A stretch of DNA of 64,000 nucleotides from Pseudothermotoga sp. GTDB taxonomy: Bacteria; Thermotogota; Thermotogae; Thermotogales; DSM-5069. Numbering within the stretch: the stretch's first letter is position 1; each line of letters opens with the position of its first letter. The position numbers and the translations under genes were made by a program. Below are positions 13,817 through 25,380 of the stretch, piece by piece. The stretch lies in NCBI GenBank assembly GCA_031962025.1, contig JAVRKW010000009.1; one strand, 5' to 3'. The notes beneath the pieces were generated by a model. That model was given only the letters and a program-made list of their open reading frames with translations, was not told the DNA's origin and ran no database searches.

Positions 13817-14376
13817 AGAATCACCTCATAAGAATTGAACACAGACATCGCTTTACCAACACCCTCATTGATGATCACTTCGACTGCATTCTCTACAACA
13901 TCCAGAACACGGTCCAATACAGCCAATTCACTTTCGCTGAAATCCTGCAGAACATAATCTACCAGATCAACACCCTCGGGTTTTGGTCCTATACCAATTC
14001 TCACTCTGACAAAGCTATCGGTATTTAAAAGATCTATTATGGACTGAAGACCCTTATGACCACCTGAACTTCCCTTTGCCCTGATTCGAATCTTTCCAAT
14101 TGCAAGATCTACATCATCGTACACAACAATTATATCATCAACTGTGCAGCCAAAATCACTCAAAGCCTGTTTCACTGCCCTGCCGCTCAGATTCATATAA
14201 GTCATCGGTTTTATCAAAGATATCTGATCACATGAGCTGAAAGTATACAAAGAACTCATCTGCCATTGCGCGCATTTTTTCAAATGATGGCATCTATCGA
14301 CAAACATAAAGCCCACGTTATGCCTGTTGAAAGCATAACGTGGACCGGGATTGCCAAGTCCAAAAATCAGTTTCAC
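13813..14376 (-). CDS. pth: Peptidyl-tRNA hydrolase
   Basis: GLGNPG..Y..NRHNVGF, KPMTYMNLSG, GGHKG, RVRIGIG. Confidence 0.97.
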   Translation of the reverse strand: MKLIFGLGNPGPRYAFNRHNVGFMFVDRCHHLKKCAQWQMSSLYTFSSCDQISLIKPMTYMNLSGRAVKQALSDFGCTVDDIIVVYDDVDLAIGKIRIRAKGSSGGHKGLQSIIDLLNTDSFVRVRIGIGPKPEGVDLVDYVLQDFSESELAVLDRVLDVVENAVEVIINEGVGKAMSVFNSYEVIL

Positions 14377-15029
14377 TTTTCTTCTTCAACTTCCTCTTCT
14401 TTCTTACCCTTCTTTATGACTTCTGGTTCAGCCGCTGTTGCTTCTGCTGGCTTGACTTCTTCCTCTGCAGCAAGACCACGAGGCACAACTACCGTTACTA
14501 CGGCTTCCTGTTGAGGCAGTAGTGGTTTCATGCCCTGTGGAAGTTTCAAATCCCTGACATGTATGGATTGTCCAAGTCCGAGCTTGGTCACGTCGATTTC
14601 TATGTACTCAACGACAGCCGAAGGCAGAGTTTCAACTGGCAGTTCGCTGTGTATCACTTCCAGAATTCCGCCTTTTTCAACTCCTTCGGCTTTACCAACA
14701 ACACGAATTGGAATACTTATCTTCATAGTATGACCTTTGGCTGGTCTGTAAAAATCAATATGAACGATCTGGTCTGTGACCTTGTCAATCTGCACATTCT
14801 TGATGAAAACTTCTACCGTTTCAACATGATCACCCATGTTCAATTCGAGTTTCAAAGGCATGGATTCAGAGATCTTGTGAAATGCCTTTTCAACCTCGAA
14901 CCTGTTCAAAGTAATGCTCACTGGCTCTGTTTCTGGTCCATAAATCACAGCAGGTATATTGCCTTTGTTTCTCAGTCTTCTAACGACCCTTTTTCCGTGT
15001 TCGGTTCTTAAGTTCGCCGTAAGTTGCAT
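14373..15029 (-). CDS. rplY: 50S ribosomal protein L25/general stress protein Ctc
   Basis: RRLR..G.IPAVIYG, HIDFY, G.EKGG, acidic tail. Confidence 0.96.
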   Translation of the reverse strand: MQLTANLRTEHGKRVVRRLRNKGNIPAVIYGPETEPVSITLNRFEVEKAFHKISESMPLKLELNMGDHVETVEVFIKNVQIDKVTDQIVHIDFYRPAKGHTMKISIPIRVVGKAEGVEKGGILEVIHSELPVETLPSAVVEYIEIDVTKLGLGQSIHVRDLKLPQGMKPLLPQQEAVVTVVVPRGLAAEEEVKPAEATAAEPEVIKKGKKEEEVEEEK

Positions 15030-15045
15030 ATCCTTCTGTCCCTCC

Positions 15046-15996
15046 TCATCTGAACAATATACTCACCGAAAGATTCTTCCTTATCCTTATAATCGCTTCC
15101 CCAAGTAAAGAAGCTATACTGAACACACAGAATTTTTCAGGTAAGTCCTTATGGTACACAGTATCAGTTATATAAACTTTATCAATATCACTTTTTTGAA
15201 TCTTTTCAACAGCGTTACCAGAAAGAACTCCATGGGTTGCACATGCAAGTATACGCCTTGCACCAGATTTTTTCAAGATCTCTGCACCCTGGACAAGTGT
15301 TCCGCCAGTGTCAATTATATCGTCAAACATGATCGCTGTTTTGTCTTTAACATCACCTATAACATGAACGACTTCAGCCACGTTGTCGGCAGGTCTGCGT
15401 TTATCAAGTATCGCCAAGGAAACTCCAAGTTTTTCTGCAAACTTGCTTGCCCTGCGAACTGCACCGACATCAGGAGCAACAACAACCAGATCTTTTTTCT
15501 CGTCTTTGTAGAGCTTCAATATCTCCTCGCTGAAAACCGGAAAGCTGTACAAATTATCCAGCGGTATATCGAAAAATCCCTGAATCTGTTCGGCATGAAG
15601 ATCAACTGTTAGAACCCTTGTCGCGCCAGCAACAGTTATGAGATTTGCGAGCAATTTGGCTGTTATTGGGTCTCTACCCTTGGCTTTCCTGTCCTGGCGC
15701 GCGTAACCATAATATGGTATCACAACTGCCACACTGTTTGCTGATGCCCGTTTGAAAGCATCGATCATGATCAAAAGTTCCATGACATTATCATTAACTG
15801 GATGCGAAAAAGATTGCAAAACAAAAACATCATGTCCTCTGACCGTTTCGTTTATCTTGACATTGATTTCCCCATCTGAAAAACGGGAAACCTGGCAATC
15901 TCCAAGTCTCAATCCTAAATAATCAGCAACACGTTTAGCGAGCTCAGGGTTCGAATTACCAGCGAAAAATTTCAAATCATTTCGTTGAAACGGCAT
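15046..15996 (-). CDS. prs: Ribose-phosphate pyrophosphokinase
   Basis: FSDGE, PYYGYARQDRK, DLHAEQIQGFF, DDIIDTGGT; ATG at 15996 overlaps the glmU stop (TGATG). Confidence 0.97.
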   Translation of the reverse strand: MPFQRNDLKFFAGNSNPELAKRVADYLGLRLGDCQVSRFSDGEINVKINETVRGHDVFVLQSFSHPVNDNVMELLIMIDAFKRASANSVAVVIPYYGYARQDRKAKGRDPITAKLLANLITVAGATRVLTVDLHAEQIQGFFDIPLDNLYSFPVFSEEILKLYKDEKKDLVVVAPDVGAVRRASKFAEKLGVSLAILDKRRPADNVAEVVHVIGDVKDKTAIMFDDIIDTGGTLVQGAEILKKSGARRILACATHGVLSGNAVEKIQKSDIDKVYITDTVYHKDLPEKFCVFSIASLLGEAIIRIRKNLSVSILFR

Positions 15997-17348
15997 CAGC
16001 CTTCCTCCTTTTGTTTTTTCTTCAAAACCCATCCCAATTTGTTCTCCTGCCTTGCCCTTGCTATTGCCAGACTCCATTCAGGTACATCCTGTGTTATCGT
16101 CGAACCCGCGGCAATGAACGAGCCTTTTTTGATTTTTACAGGTGCAACCAGTGCTGTGTTACTTCCAATAAAAACCTGATCTTCTATCACCGTCTGGTTT
16201 TTCTTCTTACCATCAAAATTACACGTTATCGTCCCAGCACCGACATTCACATCTTCACCGATCTGCGAATCTCCAAGGTATGTCAAATGCTGTGCTTTGG
16301 TATTAGAACCAATTGTGGAATTCTTCACTTCCACGAAATTCCCTATCTTAACCTTCGGGTATAGAACAGTACCCTCCCTCAATCTGCTGAACGGACCGAC
16401 CGAAACTCCGCTCATGATATGAGCACCTGTACATTCAGATCTATTCACAACAACCTGATTTTCTATCACACAGTTCACAATACGGGTCATGGGACCTATC
16501 ACACAATCCTCACCAATGACAGTTTCACCCTCTATGAAAGTCATCGGATACACGATTGTATCCCTACCAATCTTAACACTGGCATCTATATATGTGGTCA
16601 ATGGATCAACAATTGTTACACCATCGAGCATCAGTCTTTCAAGTATGCGCTTTCGCTGAATTTTTTCAACTTGTGCAAGTTGAATTCTGTTGTTTATACC
16701 AGAAAAATCCTCGACATTTTCATCTCTGTACACATTGACTTTTTCGAGTAAACCAACGGCATCTGTAAGGTAGTATTCCCTCTTGCGATTTTCACAGTTT
16801 ATCTTTGGAAGTACTTCTAAAAGCTTGCTGCCTTTGAAGATATACACACCTGTGTTTATCTCCCTGATCTTTTTTTCCTGTTCAGAGGCATCGAATTCCT
16901 CCACTATTTTCACGAACTTACCCGAATCATCCTTCACAATTCTTCCATAACCTGTGGGATCGTCCATCTCAACCGAAACAACTGTCACGTCATAATCACC
17001 ACGGCGGTGTGCATCCACAATTTTCTGCAGTGTTTCCTGTCTTATCAATGGCATGTCTCCATACAAAATGAGCACATCATCTGCCGGATCTATGAAATGC
17101 TTTGCGCTCATAACCGCATGTGCTGTACCAAGTTGTTCTGTCTGATAAGCTATATCAACATCATCGGGAAGGACCTGTTTTACCATCTGAGCCTGATAAC
17201 CGATGACTACACATACTTTTTTTGTTATGCCAGACACCGCGTCCAGAACCCACTGAATCATGGGCTTGCCGCACAGAGGATGAACAACCTTTGGGTATTT
17301 CGACTTCATTCTGCTGCTCATCCCTGCTGCAAGTATGAGGCTTATCAT
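15996..17348 (-). CDS. glmU: Bifunctional UDP-GlcNAc diphosphorylase/glucosamine-1-phosphate acetyltransferase
   Basis: LAAG...RMKS..PKV, GYGRI, EYYLTD, hexapeptide repeats, GNFVEVK, HLTYLGD. Confidence 0.97.
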   Translation of the reverse strand: MISLILAAGMSSRMKSKYPKVVHPLCGKPMIQWVLDAVSGITKKVCVVIGYQAQMVKQVLPDDVDIAYQTEQLGTAHAVMSAKHFIDPADDVLILYGDMPLIRQETLQKIVDAHRRGDYDVTVVSVEMDDPTGYGRIVKDDSGKFVKIVEEFDASEQEKKIREINTGVYIFKGSKLLEVLPKINCENRKREYYLTDAVGLLEKVNVYRDENVEDFSGINNRIQLAQVEKIQRKRILERLMLDGVTIVDPLTTYIDASVKIGRDTIVYPMTFIEGETVIGEDCVIGPMTRIVNCVIENQVVVNRSECTGAHIMSGVSVGPFSRLREGTVLYPKVKIGNFVEVKNSTIGSNTKAQHLTYLGDSQIGEDVNVGAGTITCNFDGKKKNQTVIEDQVFIGSNTALVAPVKIKKGSFIAAGSTITQDVPEWSLAIARARQENKLGWVLKKKQKEEG

Positions 17349-17361
17349 GGTCTTTGCCCCC

Positions 17362-19557
17362 TTACCACAGATGCGGAGGGTTCACCAGAACCCTCCAGCC
17401 CTTTTTACCGAGTTTTGTGAATACCTCATCCAGTTTCAGCAGCGTTCTTTCAAGCGCACCTGTTTTGATCAGAAAATGAAATCTGTATTTACCTTTCAAC
17501 TTGAAGATTGGATGTTCAACAGGACCAAGGATCTTTTCACCGCTCAAAGAACCTGTACAGGAACTCACTATTTCCCATCCTATTGATGGGTCTTCACTTT
17601 CAAGGACCACCTGGATTAAATCACTGAAAGGTGGATAATCCAAATCCTTTCTTTTTTGTAACTCTTTCAGGTAAAATTCTTCTGTATCACAGGTAAATAT
17701 ATGTTTTATGACTTCATTATCAACTTCTGCTGTCTGAACAACCATTTTTCCGTTCTTTGCCATTTCATTTCCACGGCAGAGCAGTTGAAAAACCTGGACT
17801 CTAAAATTATAATCCGGCTGAAACAACAATCCGTCGAAATCCAAAAAAGCCATTAATCCTATTCTTTCAAGTCCAAAGCCGTGCAAAACCATCCTGGTAC
17901 CTATCAGAATATCGATTTTCCCTTGCTCAAACTCAAAAAGGTTCTGAACCATCGATGAATAATTTGTCTCATCGCTGTCAATTCTGGCAATTCTCGCAGA
18001 TGGAAAATGATATCTGAGAATCTTCTCTATTCTCTCTGTTCCGTAACCCTTAGGATAAAGTGCACGGGTGCCGCATTTCGGACACAGGTCGTCGGCAGGC
18101 TCAGTATAACCGCACTGATGACACTTATATTTATTTGCAGATCTGTGAAAGGACATCGCCACATCACATTTCGGGCACAAGAGCGTATGTCCACAAACCG
18201 CACAGGTGACAAACGGCGCATAACCTTTTCTTCTAACGATAATAACTGTTCCTTTGCCATTTTCTATGGCGTGCTTTATCTGTTCAAGCAGTTCGTCTGA
18301 GATGAAACCGGTCTGTTTTTTCATATCAATAACGCGGATGTTTTTTGAATCATTCGGAAGGCTGAAAATCCTGGATTTATCAATATAGAAATGGTCATCC
18401 ACACGACCTGTTGTCGAAGAAAGAATGACAGATATGTTCATCAGTGAAGCCTTCTTTTTCATAAGCTCTACAGCATCATAAATTGGTTCTTCGAACTGAT
18501 AATAACTCTCATCTTCGTCATTTTCTACAACTATAAGTCCCAGATTCTTTATGGGTAAGAAAACCCCAAGGCGTGTACCAACAAAAACCCTTGGTTCTTT
18601 TTTGAGCGCGTTGAACCACGTAACCGCTTTCTGTGACTTTGACATACCACCATGATAAACAGAAACTCCCACTCCCAGAGATCTTTGAATCATTCCCGCC
18701 AGATAAGGTATCTGTGATGAAAGTGGAACCAGATAGAGCACCGACTTTCCCGTGTCAATCGTATTTTTTAAAACTCCGAAAATGGCTTTGAATCTTTTCT
18801 CAACAGACCCTTTAATGACCAGCCATTCTTTGTGTTCAATCTCAGATGGCAAAGATGGACTATCACTTTCAAAGACAAAACCACGCGATAAAGGCGTATC
18901 GGTGAATCTTAATAGACCTTTCTTTTCCATTCTTCTCAATTTTTCTACTCCAACTCCTGTGGCTTCAATCACCTGATCCACCGTTGCGCTTTCTATTGAA
19001 AAAAGGTAATTGATGACGTCATATTCATCAGATGTTTTGGCAAGAGAGATAGCTTCACCAACTGGCATACTCAAAGTCACAAAAAGATTCCTCAGTCTTG
19101 GTCTTGGAGTTTTCATCGCGGCAATTCGGCGCAATCTCACATAACCTTTTTTTAGATAAAGATCAAGTGTTTTTTCGCCGTGAATGGAAAGAAATTCCGT
19201 GAGCTTCAAAGACTGCAGGTTCAGTAAATCCGATACTGGTTCAACGAATGTTTCAGTGTATTGGTCAACAAATGCAGGTACCATCAGGTCAAAAAGCTGT
19301 CCAGCGGGAGAATAGAAATGTTCACAAGCCCACTTGATCATTTGAACATCATGAACAGACAAAAAACTATAACCATCTATTCTCTCCAGTATCGTTTTAA
19401 CACCAGTCTTGTGATCTGCTCGTGCCACAATATATCCAGTGACAGTTCTGTTGTTGAAATCAACTTTGACTCTTTCACCCAATTCGAGGTCTGCCTCAAA
19501 AGAGTATAGAAAAGTCCTTTTCAGCGGGATTTTTGAGATCGCAACCTCGTACACCAT
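17362..19557 (-). CDS. priA: Primosomal protein N' (PriA) with degenerate helicase motifs
   Basis: N-terminal 3'-binding domain, RRKGY, four CxxC pairs, G.GTER.E, PDY..R, YPPF, GP..HP; Walker A and B are degenerate. Confidence 0.9.
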   Translation of the reverse strand: MVYEVAISKIPLKRTFLYSFEADLELGERVKVDFNNRTVTGYIVARADHKTGVKTILERIDGYSFLSVHDVQMIKWACEHFYSPAGQLFDLMVPAFVDQYTETFVEPVSDLLNLQSLKLTEFLSIHGEKTLDLYLKKGYVRLRRIAAMKTPRPRLRNLFVTLSMPVGEAISLAKTSDEYDVINYLFSIESATVDQVIEATGVGVEKLRRMEKKGLLRFTDTPLSRGFVFESDSPSLPSEIEHKEWLVIKGSVEKRFKAIFGVLKNTIDTGKSVLYLVPLSSQIPYLAGMIQRSLGVGVSVYHGGMSKSQKAVTWFNALKKEPRVFVGTRLGVFLPIKNLGLIVVENDEDESYYQFEEPIYDAVELMKKKASLMNISVILSSTTGRVDDHFYIDKSRIFSLPNDSKNIRVIDMKKQTGFISDELLEQIKHAIENGKGTVIIVRRKGYAPFVTCAVCGHTLLCPKCDVAMSFHRSANKYKCHQCGYTEPADDLCPKCGTRALYPKGYGTERIEKILRYHFPSARIARIDSDETNYSSMVQNLFEFEQGKIDILIGTRMVLHGFGLERIGLMAFLDFDGLLFQPDYNFRVQVFQLLCRGNEMAKNGKMVVQTAEVDNEVIKHIFTCDTEEFYLKELQKRKDLDYPPFSDLIQVVLESEDPSIGWEIVSSCTGSLSGEKILGPVEHPIFKLKGKYRFHFLIKTGALERTLLKLDEVFTKLGKKGWRVLVNPPHLW

Positions 19558-19563
19558 CAAAAA

Positions 19564-19782
19564 TCAACTGTCTTTACGTTTCCAGATGATTTTTTCACCT
19601 GAGGTTATAGAATGAAGTGTTTCGGGTAACTGCAGGGGAAATTTCTCGATGATCTCAACGATCAGATCCTGAGGTATAGAAGTTTCTATCCAGATTTCAC
19701 TGATATCCACATCGTAGCGTTCTCGCTGAACTATACCACCCAGAACCTTCTCGATGGCTTTTACGTACCTTTCATACACCAC
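19564..19782 (-). CDS. Small hypothetical protein
   Basis: 72-aa ORF filling the gap between pyrR and priA in operon orientation. Confidence 0.65.
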   Translation of the reverse strand: MVYERYVKAIEKVLGGIVQRERYDVDISEIWIETSIPQDLIVEIIEKFPLQLPETLHSITSGEKIIWKRKDS

Positions 19783-19784
19783 AG

Positions 19785-21160
<1,376 letters not shown>

Positions 21161-22236
21161 AAGAATCAGCCACCTCCTTCTTAAAATCCATAAAAGTCCC
21201 ATCGTATATAGAACGTCTCAGTTTTTCCATGAATCTCATCATAAAACGCAGATTGTGATTTGTGAGCAACATACCACCCAGAAGCTCTCCTCGATCCAGC
21301 AAATGATGTATGTATGACCTGGTGTAATTTCTACAAACTATACAATCGCAGTCTTCTTCTATTGGTCTAAGGTCATTTTTAAATCTTGCGGCTTTGATGT
21401 TCACCCTGCCTTTGAAAGTCAATGCCGTACCATGTCTTGCAAGTCTTGTTGGAAAGACACTGTCAAACATATCAACTCCGATTTCCACAAGATGAACTAT
21501 CAGTTCTGGAGACCCTCCACCCATGAAATACCTTGGTTTTTCAAAAGGCAAGGACTCTACTGTGATACTGCTCAAATACACAGTCTTTTCAAATTCCTCT
21601 CCAAGACTCAAACCCCCTATTGCAAAACCATCAAAGGGCATTTGAGCAAGCTCCTGTGCACTCAATCGCCTTAGATCTTCGTAAACCCCACCCTGTGCTA
21701 TCGCAAAGATCATCTGACCATCGTTGACACCGTACTTCAAACATCTGTGTGCCCATTGCTGAGTTCTTTTCAAAGACCTGAGAGCTTCTTCATAACTATC
21801 CAAAGGACCTGGACAGTGATCAAGAACCATAACGATATCAGAGCCCAGCACTTTCTGTATTTCAATCGAAAGTTCCGGTGTCAGAAACAGTTTGGACCCA
21901 TCAACCGGTGATCTTATCAGCACACCGTCGTCATTTATCTGACGCAAATCCTTAAGACTGAAAACCTGAAATCCGCCACTATCAGTAAGTATACCACCAT
22001 TCCAGTTCATGAAATTATGTAAACCACCGTGAAGTTTTATCACATCCAATCCAGGCTTAACTGCCAGATGGTAAGAATTTCCCAGAAGAATACCAACTCC
22101 TATTTTTTCCAGTTCGTCGGTACGCATCAATTTTACATTCGCGTTTGTCCCGACCGGCATGAAAATAGGAGTATCAAAGGTACCATGTGATGTATGAAGC
22201 TTGCCAACACGTGCCATCCCATTTTGAGCTGTTATT

Positions 22237-22875
22237 TCAAACCCTAAGGTCCGCTCTCTGTACTGCAATTTCTCTGACACTCTTCAACGCTCCTTCCACT
22301 TCACCTGTGAAGGTCTTCAATTCATGCATGAGATTTTCCCTGAACTTCTCATCTTTGATCGACTTCAAATTTATCAATACATTTGCCTTAGCAGAATTAA
22401 AAGCACTCGCCGCAAGTTCAGCCGCACTGATTACATCAGAAATCGCGTTTATATTTCCCCATTGTGCTACAGCCACCGCTGTTTTCAAAACCTCCTTCAG
22501 ATGACGGCAAGTTTCGTACGGTACGTGAGCCGCCTGCTTCAACGCTTCCTGGATCGCCTGACTTCTTTTTTCCTTTTCTTCAGGAGTATTCTTTGGTAGT
22601 TTAAAAGCACTCATAACCTGATCGAAAGCCTTTACATCAAGATCTATAGTATCAAGCAGGGCAAGACGTTTTTCCTGCATCAGGCTCACTGCTCTTTCCA
22701 TCTCCGCATGCCAGTCCGAATAATCCTGTCTTGCAAGGGTGAGATTTGCAACCATTTCCACCAGTGAAGCAGCTAGAGCACCGACCAGTGCGCTGACAGC
22801 ACCACCACCCGGTGTTGGACTTTTGTCAGCTACCCTGTCCACAAATTCTCTTATTGGAAGTTTTGCAAGATTCAT
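22237..22875 (-). CDS. Formiminotetrahydrofolate cyclodeaminase family protein
   Basis: SPTPGGGAVSA, D..AF..VM.AFKLPK, GNINAISD, NVLINL. Confidence 0.9.
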   Translation of the reverse strand: MNLAKLPIREFVDRVADKSPTPGGGAVSALVGALAASLVEMVANLTLARQDYSDWHAEMERAVSLMQEKRLALLDTIDLDVKAFDQVMSAFKLPKNTPEEKEKRSQAIQEALKQAAHVPYETCRHLKEVLKTAVAVAQWGNINAISDVISAAELAASAFNSAKANVLINLKSIKDEKFRENLMHELKTFTGEVEGALKSVREIAVQRADLRV

Positions 22876-23609
22876 CCCTCCACCCCCTCTGAAAGTATTT
22901 TGATCGATGAACTTGTACCTATTCTGCTTGCCCCGGCTTTGATAAGCTCAACAGCCTGTGAAAAACTTTTGATACCGCCAGAAGCTTTAACCTGCAGTTT
23001 TTCCGAGCACCATTTCATAAGATGAACATCCTGAGCCGTTGCCCCTGCTGTCCCAAAACCCGTTGAAGTTTTCACAAATTTGGCTTTTGCCAATTCACTC
23101 AACACACAAGCGGCTATTTTCTCTTCATCGCTCAGATAGCAAGTCTCAATTATAACTTTTACCGGTTTACCTTCAGCAGCTTCCACCACCGAACAGATAT
23201 CTTCATACACGTACGTCCATTCCTTTGACTTGAGCATTCCAATATGAATCACCATATCGATTTCATCGGCACCGAGTTGAACCAGTTCGGCTGTTTCCCT
23301 TGCTTTGACAGTTTGAGTTACCGCACCCAGCGGAAATCCAACCACGCTGACCACTTTCACCTTGGTGTTTTTCAATTTATCAACAGCGTATTTCACAAAA
23401 GAAGGATTTACACAGACACCGTAAAAACCGTGGTCAACTGCTTCGTCACAGAGCCTGAATATTTCTTCAATTGTTGCGGTCGGTCTCAACAATGTGTGCT
23501 CAATAGATTGTTTTAATTCATCCACCGTGACTATTTTATCACTGATTTGAAATCTATACTCTTTCTTATAACTGACTATTTTTTCTTCAATTTTATATTC
23601 TATGTTCAT
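22872..23609 (-). CDS. deoC: Deoxyribose-phosphate aldolase
   Basis: EHTLL, VVGFPLG, EIDMV, KVIIET, FVKTSTGF, VKASGG, RIGTS. Confidence 0.96.
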   Translation of the reverse strand: MNIEYKIEEKIVSYKKEYRFQISDKIVTVDELKQSIEHTLLRPTATIEEIFRLCDEAVDHGFYGVCVNPSFVKYAVDKLKNTKVKVVSVVGFPLGAVTQTVKARETAELVQLGADEIDMVIHIGMLKSKEWTYVYEDICSVVEAAEGKPVKVIIETCYLSDEEKIAACVLSELAKAKFVKTSTGFGTAGATAQDVHLMKWCSEKLQVKASGGIKSFSQAVELIKAGASRIGTSSSIKILSEGVEG

Positions 23610-23620
23610 GAAAAACCACC

Positions 23621-24169
23621 TCACAATCCGAGTTCTTTGCTGATCGTTTTCATAGCATCCAGAGACAGAGTTAGAAATTCCTCAAGAGACAGTCCGAGTT
23701 CTTCACAACTTTTCATCTGCTCTCTATTTGCTCCTTTGGCAAAAAGCTTTTCTTTGAATCTTCTCATGAGAAAATCCGTATCAATAACTGAAAGTGATTT
23801 TTCAGGTGTTATCAGTGCAGCCGCAACAATGAAGCCCGTGACAGGGTCTGCGGCATAAATGGCTCTTTCCATTTTTGTTGTTATTTCCTTCTTTTCACAA
23901 TGAGCCAGTATTGCATCCAGAACGGCTTTTGGAACGTCATAATCTTTGAGCAGTTCAACGGTTTTGAGCCCGTGATTTTGAGGATCGTCTTTTGTGTAAT
24001 CATAGTCAAGATCATGCAGTAAGCCAGCAAGTCCCCAGAGTTCTTCATCTTCACCAAATCTTTTAGCGAGTGCTCTCATCACTACCTCAACCGCAAGGCA
24101 GTGCTTGATCAGGTTTTTCGACTTCACATGGTTTTTAACAAGCTCAACGGCACTCTCTCTTTTCAGCAT
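23621..24169 (-). CDS. HDIG/HD domain phosphohydrolase
   Basis: KHCLAV, GLLHDLDY, AAD; ATG at 24169 after AGGAGGG. Confidence 0.88.
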   Translation of the reverse strand: MLKRESAVELVKNHVKSKNLIKHCLAVEVVMRALAKRFGEDEELWGLAGLLHDLDYDYTKDDPQNHGLKTVELLKDYDVPKAVLDAILAHCEKKEITTKMERAIYAADPVTGFIVAAALITPEKSLSVIDTDFLMRRFKEKLFAKGANREQMKSCEELGLSLEEFLTLSLDAMKTISKELGL

Positions 24170-24171
24170 AA

Positions 24172-25380
24172 TTACACCCTCCTGTAGAGATTTCTGCAAT
24201 GTCTTTCACCGTAGTACAGTCTGAGAAATTCCATATCTTTAAAAACAACCTGAACATCGCCAAACTGAGCTATCAACTCAAAGAGTTTTTTCACGCCCTC
24301 TTCAGGATCACTCACAGATATGAAGTTTTTTCTTTTTGCATACTGTCCAAGAATGCCTCCAAGACAAACTGGAAGGTTAGTTCTACTCATCGGCACAAAT
24401 GCAACAGATTCAGATGAGTCAATAAGTTTAGACAAGTATCCTTTTGCGCTTTCATGATCCTTCCTTTTGACTGCTTCACTCAAAAGCAGTACCAGAGCCT
24501 GAGGATCGAAATTGCAAAGATTTTCTACCAGATCTCTGTCGAAAGAACCGTTGTTCACAAAATCAATTGCCTGATTGAGTATGATAATTCTTGGGCAAAA
24601 CGTGTACTCATCGCTTTTTGATATCTTTGCCCTGCATGCAGCGTATTTAGCACATGCATAAGCCTTCCTGTCCAGTACATCTGCGATTTTAACTGCCCTT
24701 TCTTCATCTTCTGTCAGTGCAGAAACTATTAGTGTCAATAGTTTATATCCGCCCTGTGATACACAGCTTGTAAATAAGGAAGTATTTACCTGCCCGGTAT
24801 CGTAAGCATCGATTAAAAGGCCGATATAAGGGTCTTTAAGGCTATTAAAAACCACTCTGAAAAGTTTTGCAGCATCGCGAAATCTACCAGTAAAGAGCAA
24901 AACTTCGGCAACCGATAACAGTGCAACAGGTGATGATGGATATTCCCTGAGCAAATTTTTCACGGCTTCTACAGGTGGCTTACAGGTTGAATACAAATCC
25001 TTAGTCAAGTTGAGCGCTTCAAAATAAGCACTCTTTTGCTCATTAAAATCCGATTTGGTGAAATCACCTTCGATGAATGATCTCAACTGTTCCAGAAAAA
25101 CTCTATGTACTGTATCTTCAACCTGATTGATCTTTTTGTAAATCGAACGTCCTATAACAGAATCATTTTCACCATAGGTAAAACGGTTGAGATCATAAAT
25201 CGACCATATATCCTGAACGGGTATATTCAATTCTTCCTCAAAGGTTATCTTGGGTTTGGATGGCGAAATGTCTTTTTTGGGTTGTTCCTTGGGTTTCAAC
25301 CCCTTTTTTTCAAGATCTTTTTCTAATTCCATTTTTAACTTTAGCAGATTCAGAATCCTTTCGTCCTTCTCTTCTTCCAT
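24172..25380 (-). CDS. Hypothetical protein, helical/TPR-like
   Basis: ~400-aa ORF in operon context; TPR-like segment ALLSVAEVLLFTGRFRDAAKLFR. Confidence 0.6.
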   Translation of the reverse strand: MEEEKDERILNLLKLKMELEKDLEKKGLKPKEQPKKDISPSKPKITFEEELNIPVQDIWSIYDLNRFTYGENDSVIGRSIYKKINQVEDTVHRVFLEQLRSFIEGDFTKSDFNEQKSAYFEALNLTKDLYSTCKPPVEAVKNLLREYPSSPVALLSVAEVLLFTGRFRDAAKLFRVVFNSLKDPYIGLLIDAYDTGQVNTSLFTSCVSQGGYKLLTLIVSALTEDEERAVKIADVLDRKAYACAKYAACRAKISKSDEYTFCPRIIILNQAIDFVNNGSFDRDLVENLCNFDPQALVLLLSEAVKRKDHESAKGYLSKLIDSSESVAFVPMSRTNLPVCLGGILGQYAKRKNFISVSDPEEGVKKLFELIAQFGDVQVVFKDMEFLRLYYGERHCRNLYRRV

